NCBI GenBank assembly: GCA_035944135.1
Contig: DASZBM010000006.1
Location: 87,510 to 151,509, forward strand
DNA: 64,000 nt
Reading direction: 5' to 3'
From: Acidobacteriaceae bacterium
GTDB taxonomy: Bacteria; Acidobacteriota; Terriglobia; Terriglobales; Acidobacteriaceae
Position numbers and translations under genes: made by a program. Positions 1-7,100 of the stretch are shown one piece after another. Positions within the stretch are counted from its first letter, which is position 1. Each line of letters begins with the position of its first letter. A model generated the notes under the pieces. It was given only the letters and a program-made list of their open reading frames with translations. It searched no databases and was not told the DNA's origin.

Positions 1-1377
1 CGCCGGATCGAACCGATCCGAAAAGGCGTCGTCATCCTGCAAATTGTCCAATTGCACCGCACCATAGCGATGCTCTCGCAACGCGTCCAGCATCACGCTG
101 TCATCCAACTTATGGAATTTGATCAACCGCGTCGCGTTGAACGGATCGTAGTCATACGGTTTGCCGGCAAAGTAACACCTCAGCAGACTCTCGCACAGCG
201 CAGGGCCGTTCTGCGCCGACAAAAGCGCAACATCCGCATCGAAGTACCGCTGGTCTGCAATGGTCTCGCGCAACCTTCCCACCGGATTCCACGTATTCCC
301 CACGATCAGCGGAATCACCATCCACGCCAGAACAGCCACAGGAGCAAACCGCCGTACCCTCGGTCCCGCCCATCCCCAATCGCCCCGCCAGATGCGCAGC
401 AGCGCAATCCCCGTCAGCATCGCCGTAGCCAGAATCGCCGTGAACTGAGCGTTCACCGACACTCCCGTTCCTCCGCCGAAGACCATCCCTAACACTAGAC
501 CCGCCGCGAGCAGGAACGCGAGCACCCGAACCCGCACATCCGCTCTCTCCCGTACCGCCGCATAGACAGCCAGCGCCAAAGGCAGCAGCAGCGGGCCAAA
601 GACAGATCCCATCTGCTCCAGCCCCTTCACCGCTGAAAAGGTACGCGGCGCGGCGAGCTGCAAGAAGAACCCTGGCCCGCCGTACTGGACATTCAGCCAG
701 ACCGCCGGCGCCACAAACGCAGCTCCCCAGGCGCAAAACCACACCGCCTTGCGCCACGAAAGCAGCAGAAGATCCAGCACGACCGCAACCGGAAAGCCCA
801 GAGGATCGTGCTTGATATTGCCGGCAATCACAAAAATCGCGGCCACGCCAGCCAGAGCTACAAGGTTCTTACGCCCGGCCACATAAAGCAGCAACCCCGC
901 CATGAACACAGCAAGCGCCAGCATCTCCGGGTCGGCCTGCCCAACATAAAAGTCCGCCAAGCCGCAGAAGATCGCAATCGTGTAAGCGCCGGTGATCCAT
1001 CCCGCACGTCCGGATCCCGCAATCCTTCGCACGATCAACCCGGCCAGAACACCGCACGCCAGCGTCGCCAGTAAACTCAGCACTCTCGCCGTGAACAGGT
1101 AATCGTGCGTCAGCCGGTGAAGCCACGCGACAATCGCGAACGACAGCATCGGATAGTTCACCGTCGTCCATCCATAAGCCGCTGGATAGAGCATCTGGTG
1201 GTGCGCCACCGCGCTCGCGTTATAGACGTTCCAGCCTTCGTTGTACGTAATTTCTACGCGATAGAACGCCCGCACCATCGGCAGCATCGCTGCGAATGCG
1301 GCGACTGCAAGGTAGCCCCACACAGTCCACCGCGCCAGAGCCTCATCACTGTGGGCATCGGCAAGCTGTCGGTTCAA
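1..1377 (-). CDS. GT-C-fold integral membrane glycosyltransferase (ArnT/PMT/DUF2029-like); C-terminus runs off the window
   Basis: Absent from the ORF track because it has no stop in the window. Hand translation of the minus frame (codons aligned to plus 1-3, 4-6...) is open from 1392 down to 1. Product reads ..LNRQLADAHSDEALARWTVWGYLAVAAFAAMLPMVRAFYRVEITYNEGWNVYNASAVAHHQMLYPAAYGWTTVNYPMLSFAIVAWL.. and is multi-TM. The YNEG...NYP(M)L loop resembles lipid-linked-sugar transferases. Start uncertain: TTG 1377 (TTGA overlap with the upstream stop) or GTG 1323. Confidence 0.6.
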   Translation of the reverse strand, partial: MNRQLADAHSDEALARWTVWGYLAVAAFAAMLPMVRAFYRVEITYNEGWNVYNASAVAHHQMLYPAAYGWTTVNYPMLSFAIVAWLHRLTHDYLFTARVLSLLATLACGVLAGLIVRRIAGSGRAGWITGAYTIAIFCGLADFYVGQADPEMLALAVFMAGLLLYVAGRKNLVALAGVAAIFVIAGNIKHDPLGFPVAVVLDLLLLSWRKAVWFCAWGAAFVAPAVWLNVQYGGPGFFLQLAAPRTFSAVKGLEQMGSVFGPLLLPLALAVYAAVRERADVRVRVLAFLLAAGLVLGMVFGGGTGVSVNAQFTAILATAMLTGIALLRIWRGDWGWAGPRVRRFAPVAVLAWMVIPLIVGNTWNPVGRLRETIADQRYFDADVALLSAQNGPALCESLLRCYFAGKPYDYDPFNATRLIKFHKLDDSVMLDALREHRYGAVQLDNLQDDDAFSDRFDPA

Positions 1378-2576
1378 CGATAGGGCTCCAAATCAGCCGC
1401 CAATGGCTCAACAGCGGCTTGCATCACCGCAGTCCGGCGTGGCGTCTGCCACGTAAACAGGCTCGTCACCGAATAGTTCCAGACCGCGCTGAGCAGCGTC
1501 CCCAGCATTCCCGCCGCATACCACGGCAATCCACCGGCATACAGCGATCGCGCGACAATCACATTGGCCCACGCACCAAACGAGCAGGCCACGCAAAACG
1601 ATGCCAGGCCCGTCAGCCATCGCAACCCGCGCAGGCTGCGATCGCGATAGGTAATCAGGTTATTCAGGAAGAAGTTCTCAATCATCGCGACGGTCGCCGC
1701 GATCGCCTGCGCCGCAATGAAGTGCAGGTGGAAGCCGTACAGCATTATTGCCAAAACAGCCAGATGGGTCGCCAGCCCGATCGCTCCCACCAGAGCAAAC
1801 GCCGCAAACCGCACCGGCAGCAGCCCGCCCATCAGCTTGCTGATAACGAGCAGCAGATACTCCACGCCGGTGTGGACGCACAGCTTGCTCTCCCCGCGCG
1901 TCCGCCTGCGAAACTCATACCCCATCTCCGCCAGCCGTACCGGCCGCGGGCTCGACGCCAGCATGTCGACCAGTATCTTGAACCCGTTGCCCTGGAGATG
2001 TCGCACAACCTTGAGAAAGAAACCCCGCCGCACCAGGAAGAATCCGCTCATCGGATCGCTCAGCTCGCAGCGGCAAACCGCCCGGCTCACCCACTGCCCC
2101 ACCTTGCTCAGGAGAACCCGATGCGCGGGAAACTCGCCCATGCTGCCGCCATCCGAGTTCCGGGTCCCTATAACGACATCCAGCGAGTCCTCTCGGAGTT
2201 GCTCCAGCATGCGCGGCAGCAGCGCCTCGTCATGCTGCATGTCCGCGTCCATCACGGCAACGCATTCCGCCGAGGTCGCCATGATGCCCTCAATGCACGC
2301 CGAAGACAACCCTCGCCGGCCTATCCGGTGCAGCAGTCGCACCCGCCGGTCTCGCGACGTCCACTGCCGCACCACCTCCGCCGTCTCGTCCGGGGAGTCG
2401 TCATCCACGAAGATCAGCTCCCAGGAGAGCCCCGCGAGCGCAATCCCCAATCTCCGGATGAACTCAGCAATGTTTTCCCGCTCCTGATAGGTCGGCACCA
2501 CCACAGCCAGATCGAGCGCGTTTCCGGTTTCTTCGATAGATTCTTCCGCTGGGCCTACACCCACAGCTGTCTTCAA
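1374..2576 (-). CDS. Polyprenol-phosphate sugar synthase: GT2 glycosyltransferase (Dpm1/ArnC-like) with C-terminal GtrA-like membrane domain
   Basis: 400 aa ORF. N-terminal GT-A signature VVVPTYQERENI...ELIFVDDDSPDETAEVV. C-terminal hydrophobic GtrA-like helices (FALVGAIGLATHLAVL...IENFFLNNLITYRDR). Directly upstream of the GT-C membrane transferase. Confidence 0.85.
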   Translation of the reverse strand: MKTAVGVGPAEESIEETGNALDLAVVVPTYQERENIAEFIRRLGIALAGLSWELIFVDDDSPDETAEVVRQWTSRDRRVRLLHRIGRRGLSSACIEGIMATSAECVAVMDADMQHDEALLPRMLEQLREDSLDVVIGTRNSDGGSMGEFPAHRVLLSKVGQWVSRAVCRCELSDPMSGFFLVRRGFFLKVVRHLQGNGFKILVDMLASSPRPVRLAEMGYEFRRRTRGESKLCVHTGVEYLLLVISKLMGGLLPVRFAAFALVGAIGLATHLAVLAIMLYGFHLHFIAAQAIAATVAMIENFFLNNLITYRDRSLRGLRWLTGLASFCVACSFGAWANVIVARSLYAGGLPWYAAGMLGTLLSAVWNYSVTSLFTWQTPRRTAVMQAAVEPLAADLEPYR

Positions 2577-2769
2577 CTGGTCGCCTCACTGGCCGAAATC
2601 GAGAAGCAGTTATTCGCATAGACGTGATTCTTCGGGCCGAGTTCCGGCCTGCGACCAAATTATGTCGGCAGGAGTACACACTCCTGCTCCGCCCAGCGTC
2701 CGCCAGGTCAGCAAGCTTCCTCCGCGTGAGTTCGCGGATCGATTAGGAATGTGAGGGATGACAAAGAAG

Positions 2770-2845
2770 TGGAGCCGACGAACGGACTTGAACCGTTGAC
2801 CTGCTGATTACGAATCAGCTGCTCTACCAACTGAGCTACGTCGGC
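2770..2845 (-). tRNA. tRNA-Thr (anticodon CGU), CCA encoded
   Basis: Reverse complement reads GCCGACGTAGCTCAGTTGGTAGAGCAGCTGATTCGTAATCAGCAGGTCAACGGTTCAAGTCCGTTCGTCGGCTCCA. It has a 7-bp acceptor stem, anticodon stem GCTGA/TCAGC, loop TT-CGT-AA and a GGTTCAAGTCC T-arm. Confidence 0.93.
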
Positions 2846-2856
2846 TTACTCTCCTC

Positions 2857-2885
2857 ATTCTAACGGCAAAGCGAGGAGACGCCAA
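2857..2885 (-). promoter_or_regulatory. Candidate sigma70-type promoter for tRNA-Thr
   Basis: Minus strand reads TTGGCG (2885-2880), a 17-nt spacer, then TAGAAT (2862-2857). The -10 element ends 11 nt before the mature tRNA 5' end (2845). Confidence 0.35.
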
Positions 2886-2923
2886 ACGTCGCAGCTCTCT
2901 TGCATTCTCGAAACTCTCGCGCG

Positions 2924-3022
2924 TTACTCCAGCTCGTCGCGCTCCATGCGACCGGCCAGCGCGACCAGTGCAAGCACAGCAATCATCACTACCGTGGTCA
3001 TCCAAACCGCGATCGTAGGCAT
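2924..3022 (-). CDS. Candidate 32-aa single-TM small protein (speculative)
   Basis: Below the ORF-track size cutoff. ATG at 3022 is preceded by GAAGGGATAAAGCCC. Product MPTIAVWMTTVVMIAVLALVALAGRMERDELE has one hydrophobic helix and a charged tail. Stop TAA at 2926-2924. No homology evidence available. Confidence 0.25.
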   Translation of the reverse strand: MPTIAVWMTTVVMIAVLALVALAGRMERDELE

Positions 3023-3233
3023 GGGCTTTATCCCTTCAGACTCTTCATGTTCTGAGCCAGCGTTGCCTTCTCACTATCGCGTCTGTCTTTGTCTGGACAA
3101 ATCCCCCGCTGCAAGTTCCGGAGAATCTGCGCTGTTACGTCCTCTGCAACGAAAGGGGTACGACCTCAGGTCTCGCCAGTCTCACGAACCCACCTTGTTC
3201 GCAAACGCGGCTGAGTGAAACATCCTTAACGGC

Positions 3234-3267
3234 AAAAGGGCCGCCCGGCAACAGGGCGACCCTTTTT
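3234..3267. terminator. Bidirectional intrinsic terminator-like hairpin
   Basis: AAAA-GGGCCGCCC (3238-3246), loop GGCAACA, GGGCGACCC (3254-3262), then TTTTT. Eight of 9 positions pair. It is flanked by an A-tract and a T-tract, so it has a U-run on either strand. Confidence 0.5.
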
Positions 3268-3356
3268 CTATGGGAGGCAGCTCCAACGGAGGCAAAGCCA
3301 TCGGAACGCTCTGGTGCAAGAGTATGTTCGCCTCCGGGTGGTGTCAAGACACAATT

Positions 3357-3396
3357 CCCATAAATCGTAAACATAAGTTAACAAACGATTTATGGG
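3357..3396. repeat. Perfect 12-bp inverted repeat in an AT-rich patch
   Basis: CCCATAAATCGT (3357-3368), 16-nt AT-rich loop AAACATAAGTTAACAA, ACGATTTATGGG (3385-3396). Lies about 70 nt downstream of the stop of the 3466..4605 gene, and stands out in a GC-rich region. Confidence 0.6.
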
Positions 3397-3465
3397 CAAT
3401 AATGGGTTTTTGCCGCTGTTTTACCCTGTGATTCCCTCAAAGCTCCTGCAATCGGCTTAGTTCGG

Positions 3466-4605
3466 TCAGGAATGGGCGTTGGGCCCTGGTGTCTCCCAAT
3501 GAGGCACCGGGTTCTGCGTCGACAGATGCAGACTCAGAAACTCCGGTTCACTCGCTGCCGGCTTGCCCTGCATCACCCGAATCAACGCCCGCCCGCCACC
3601 AAGGAACAGCCCCAGTAGCACCGCGCTTGCCATCAGCACGCCCGATAAAATCGCAATGCTGGTCAGCAGGCTAAACGTCTTTTGCACCTCGGTTTGAAAG
3701 ACAGGCGGCATGTACTGATCCACGGCAACGATCTGCTTCATGTGCACGTTCTCAAGCATCGCGCCCGCTTCATTGCCAGGGAGCGCGCCGGAGGCCACCA
3801 TCACCAGCTCCTGGTCACGCCGCACTCTCGCGTTTGCAAAACTCGGCCCTAACCCCTTCACACCCGTTGAAAACTTCTTCTCAAACGCCTGCGCGATCTG
3901 CGGCGTTGGATAGATCACCATGGTGACCGTCTCGCGCCCATGCTTCTCGTCGTAGTTGGCCGTCACGGCCTCGGCGCTCTTGTCCCATCCCAACGCGTTC
4001 GCCGGCAGCACGCCGCCCTCGGCTGCATAGCTCTCCGGTCCCAGCGCATACCGTAACCCTGAAGGCACCAGATGCTCCGCCGGCACAAAGCTCGGCAACA
4101 ACGGCGCCACGCCCGTACTTCCCGTCGCCTTGGGCAACACCTTCGCCAGCTGGCTCAGAGCCGACGCATCGGCCGCGCTCGCCGGCGACGCAAGCACCAG
4201 CGTATCGCCGATCGTAAACAGCACGACGCCGTCGCCCACCGCATCGGACGAACCGACCTCTTTCCCTACGCGCATCTCCGGCCGCTCCGCGAGCGTAAAC
4301 GCGCTATAGGCGCCCGTGCGGTCGCCAAATTCAACCGCCTCCACACGCATCGTGCGCCCGGCACGTGTATAGGTGTTCACCTGCGACCGCAGCGGTCCCG
4401 CCTCCTGCAGCGCAGCCTTGTTGACCGTCGTGAGGGAAACCGTCCCCGGTTCTGAACTTCCGCCCTGCTGCCACCCGCCGAAGTTTTGCGGAAGCAACTG
4501 CACCGGCGGCTCTGTCAGCGTGACACCCTGCGCGCGAGCCTGCACCGCGCCCGCCGCAAGCGCACACGCCACCGCTCCAATTGCAATTCGTGTACCCGCG
4601 CCCAT
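3466..4605 (-). CDS. Hypothetical exported protein with C-terminal membrane anchor
   Basis: 379 aa ORF. Signal-like N-terminus MGAGTRIAIGAVACALAAGAVQARAQG. One C-terminal TM helix (FSLLTSIAILSGVLMASAVLLGLFLGG). No family recognised. Confidence 0.7.
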   Translation of the reverse strand: MGAGTRIAIGAVACALAAGAVQARAQGVTLTEPPVQLLPQNFGGWQQGGSSEPGTVSLTTVNKAALQEAGPLRSQVNTYTRAGRTMRVEAVEFGDRTGAYSAFTLAERPEMRVGKEVGSSDAVGDGVVLFTIGDTLVLASPASAADASALSQLAKVLPKATGSTGVAPLLPSFVPAEHLVPSGLRYALGPESYAAEGGVLPANALGWDKSAEAVTANYDEKHGRETVTMVIYPTPQIAQAFEKKFSTGVKGLGPSFANARVRRDQELVMVASGALPGNEAGAMLENVHMKQIVAVDQYMPPVFQTEVQKTFSLLTSIAILSGVLMASAVLLGLFLGGGRALIRVMQGKPAASEPEFLSLHLSTQNPVPHWETPGPNAHS

Positions 4606-4655
4606 ACAGGTTCAGACTACACCCGCAGGCGAAGTGTTAGCGAATCCAGTGACCA

Positions 4656-6941
4656 TCAACGGCCTATCGCCGCCCGCTCCGTTGCGACCGGCTTCTTCAC
4701 GCCGTTGATGGTCTTCGCATATCGCGCCACACCCGCGTAGAGGCTCTCCGCCACGCGCTCGCGATACTCCGGCCGGCGCAGCTCATCCGCGTCCGTCGGG
4801 TTCGTGACGAAGCTGATCTCCGCTAGGATCGACGGCATATTCGCGCCGATCAACACGACAAACGGCGCCTTCTTCACCCCGCGATTCTTCAGCCCCTCAT
4901 TGACCTTGGCCAGCCCGCCGTACAGTGACGTGTCCACGTCCTCCGCCAACTCGCGCGACTCATCAATCTTGTCCTTGAGTGCGATCTTCTTCACCAGGTC
5001 GCTCAGCTCATGCACGCTCTGCGTCGACACTGCGTTCTCGCGGCTCGCCACCTGCATCGCCTCCGGATCGCTCGTGAAGTTCAGGTAGTAGACCTCCACC
5101 CCGCGCGCGCTCGCATCCTGCGAGCTGTTCGCATGCACGCTGATGAATAGATCCGCCTGCGCCTTGTTCGCAATCGCCGTCCGCGTTTCCAGCGGAATAA
5201 ACGTGTCGTCCGCGCGCGTGTAAACAATCTCCGCGCCCAGGCGGTCGTGCAGCAGCTTGCCCAACCGCAACGCCACATCGAGCACTACATCTTTCTCCTC
5301 AATACCGCCCGCGCCCAGCGTGCCCGAGTCATGTCCGCCGTGCCCCGCATCAATCACAATCCGGCCGATCTTCAGCCCCAGCGCGCGCATCAGCGTCGCC
5401 TCGCCATCGGCCGTCGGAGGCGGCGGCTCAGCCGGTTCTCCGGTCACATGCGACTTGCTCCGTGAGCCTCTCGCCTTGGCACTCGTTCCTGCCGACCGCT
5501 CCGCAATCGGCTGCGACGTCGGCCTTCTCGTCGCCTCAATCTTCCCCGGCTGGTCGCTGACCGCCGCAACCTCTACGCCGTCGTCAGACGTCTTCGTTGC
5601 CACCGAATTCGGTACCGGCTTGGACGTCGTCGGCTTCGACGGGATGATCACCCGCGGCCGCGCCACCGCCTGCTTCGCCTCGCCAGCCGTCTCCCGCGAA
5701 GGCAAACCAAACCCCGCACTGCCATCCGTCACCGGCATCGGCGGCAGGCTCGACACCTCCGACCCACTGCCAGGAGCGGCATCACTCTTCGGCACCTCCG
5801 CAGTTGTTGGAGCTGCATCCGGCACCTTAGCAGCCGCGATCTCCTGATCTCTGATCTCTGATCCCTGATCTCTCGTCTTCCCGTGGATATCGATAATCAG
5901 CCGGTACGGATTCGGCAGCAGAAACGCCGAGTACTCGCCCACCTGGTGCACATCCAGCACCACCCGCGTCACATCACCCGAGAACTGCGCCGCCCGGATC
6001 CTCGTCAGAAATCCATCGTCCGTCACCGCAAAGCTCTTGCCTACCAACTGCTGCGCCAGCCGCGCATGATGCAGATCGAAGAAGATGCGGTCCGGATTCT
6101 CCACCCGCGCCGCCTGATACTCCACCGCATCTCCAAGATCAATCGCCACGCGCGTATAGCTCGGCGTCGACCAGTGCCGAATCCCGGTCACCGTCGCCAT
6201 CCGCCCCGGCTTCACAACTGCCGCGTCAACCTTCGCACTCGCCGGATGCTCCGCATCAACCTCAACACCCGCGTCCGGCGTCTCACTCGCCTTCTCTACC
6301 GCATCCTCTTCGCTCTTCGCAGCCGCCGGCTTCCGATAGTGCTCAGCCGCCCCTGGCAAACTCGGAACTCCTGGCTCAACCGACGCCTCGTCCGATCTCT
6401 GATCTCTAATCTCTAATCTCTTCTTCGCCTCCCGCGCCTCCGCACTCCGCGGATACTCCCCCTCCAGCAGCCCGCGAACCTTCTTCGCCTCCGCCGCATC
6501 GTCCGCCGCATCAGGCCCGAGCAGATCCAGCGCATGGCCCAGCGCGCGCGGAGCCATCGATCCCACCGGATACGCCTTCGCCAAAAACTCGTACTGCCCT
6601 GCCGCATCGCGCAGAGCTTTCCGGTCGTTTAGTTCCTGCCCCTCTTCGGCCAGCAGCTCCGCGACCTGCTCCACCGCCCGAGCCGCATGCGCATCGCCCG
6701 GATTGCCGTGATAGATCGCGCGAAACGCATCCATCACATGCGCGTACTCAATCTTGGTGTGCGTTCCCTGCGGCTTCGCCTCGAACACCTGCCGCGCCAG
6801 CACCGCGCTATCCCACGCACTCGCTTCTGTCCGCGCCGCAAGCCCCGCATGCGCACTCAGCAATACACACGCGCTCGCGGCTGCGCACCTCCAGCCGCGG
6901 CCGCATCCCATCCCGCTCTGCCGAGACACACGCATAGCCAC
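4656..6941 (-). CDS. N-acetylmuramoyl-L-alanine amidase (Amidase_3, AmiC-like) with long low-complexity linkers
   Basis: 761 aa. C-terminal catalytic domain IVIDAGHGGHDSG...DLFISVHANS...GANMPSILAEISFVTN. A central AMIN-like beta domain (VTGIRHWSTPSYTRVAIDL...YRLIIDIHG). Signal-like N-terminus. Confidence 0.85.
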   Translation of the reverse strand: MAMRVSRQSGMGCGRGWRCAAASACVLLSAHAGLAARTEASAWDSAVLARQVFEAKPQGTHTKIEYAHVMDAFRAIYHGNPGDAHAARAVEQVAELLAEEGQELNDRKALRDAAGQYEFLAKAYPVGSMAPRALGHALDLLGPDAADDAAEAKKVRGLLEGEYPRSAEAREAKKRLEIRDQRSDEASVEPGVPSLPGAAEHYRKPAAAKSEEDAVEKASETPDAGVEVDAEHPASAKVDAAVVKPGRMATVTGIRHWSTPSYTRVAIDLGDAVEYQAARVENPDRIFFDLHHARLAQQLVGKSFAVTDDGFLTRIRAAQFSGDVTRVVLDVHQVGEYSAFLLPNPYRLIIDIHGKTRDQGSEIRDQEIAAAKVPDAAPTTAEVPKSDAAPGSGSEVSSLPPMPVTDGSAGFGLPSRETAGEAKQAVARPRVIIPSKPTTSKPVPNSVATKTSDDGVEVAAVSDQPGKIEATRRPTSQPIAERSAGTSAKARGSRSKSHVTGEPAEPPPPTADGEATLMRALGLKIGRIVIDAGHGGHDSGTLGAGGIEEKDVVLDVALRLGKLLHDRLGAEIVYTRADDTFIPLETRTAIANKAQADLFISVHANSSQDASARGVEVYYLNFTSDPEAMQVASRENAVSTQSVHELSDLVKKIALKDKIDESRELAEDVDTSLYGGLAKVNEGLKNRGVKKAPFVVLIGANMPSILAEISFVTNPTDADELRRPEYRERVAESLYAGVARYAKTINGVKKPVATERAAIGR
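5838..5873 (-). repeat. Heptanucleotide tandem repeat inside the amidase CDS
   Basis: Plus strand reads gatctcct gatctct gatctct gatccct gatctct (mRNA sense AGAGATC-type units). Encodes ..TRDQGSEIRDQEIAAA... Confidence 0.8.
6394..6421 (-). repeat. Second heptanucleotide tandem repeat inside the amidase CDS
   Basis: Plus strand reads gatctct gatctct aatctct aatctct (mRNA AGAGATT x2, AGAGATC x2). Encodes ..KKRLEIRDQRSDE... Confidence 0.8.
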
Positions 6942-7060
6942 CCTCAGTTTAGGTTCGCAACGCCCACCTCACCTCGCGAATCAGCCGCAGGTATTCGCCC
7001 ATGTACCTGTTACCAAGGTGCCGTGGAAAACTCCTTGCACCGGTCGCAACAGCCGCCCCT

Positions 7061-7100
7061 GACTCGCTGACTTGCTGACTCGCTGACTCGCTGACTCGCT
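7061..7100 (-). repeat. Octanucleotide tandem repeat (5 units) abutting the alaS stop
   Basis: gactcgct gacttgct gactcgct gactcgct gactcgct. It ends 1 nt before the alaS stop codon (7101-7103) and lies about 120 nt upstream of the amidase start. Confidence 0.85.

Noticed and set aside
3090-3135. Possible SRP (4.5S) RNA because of a CCGGAA..GCAGC-like string on the minus strand
   Set aside because: Only a short partial resemblance to the domain IV motif. The flanking sequence does not form the expected long helix or match conserved SRP RNA segments.
5838-7100. Short direct repeats as a CRISPR array
   Set aside because: The units are 7-8 nt and directly abutting, with no spacers. No cas genes are present. 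They are simple tandem repeats.
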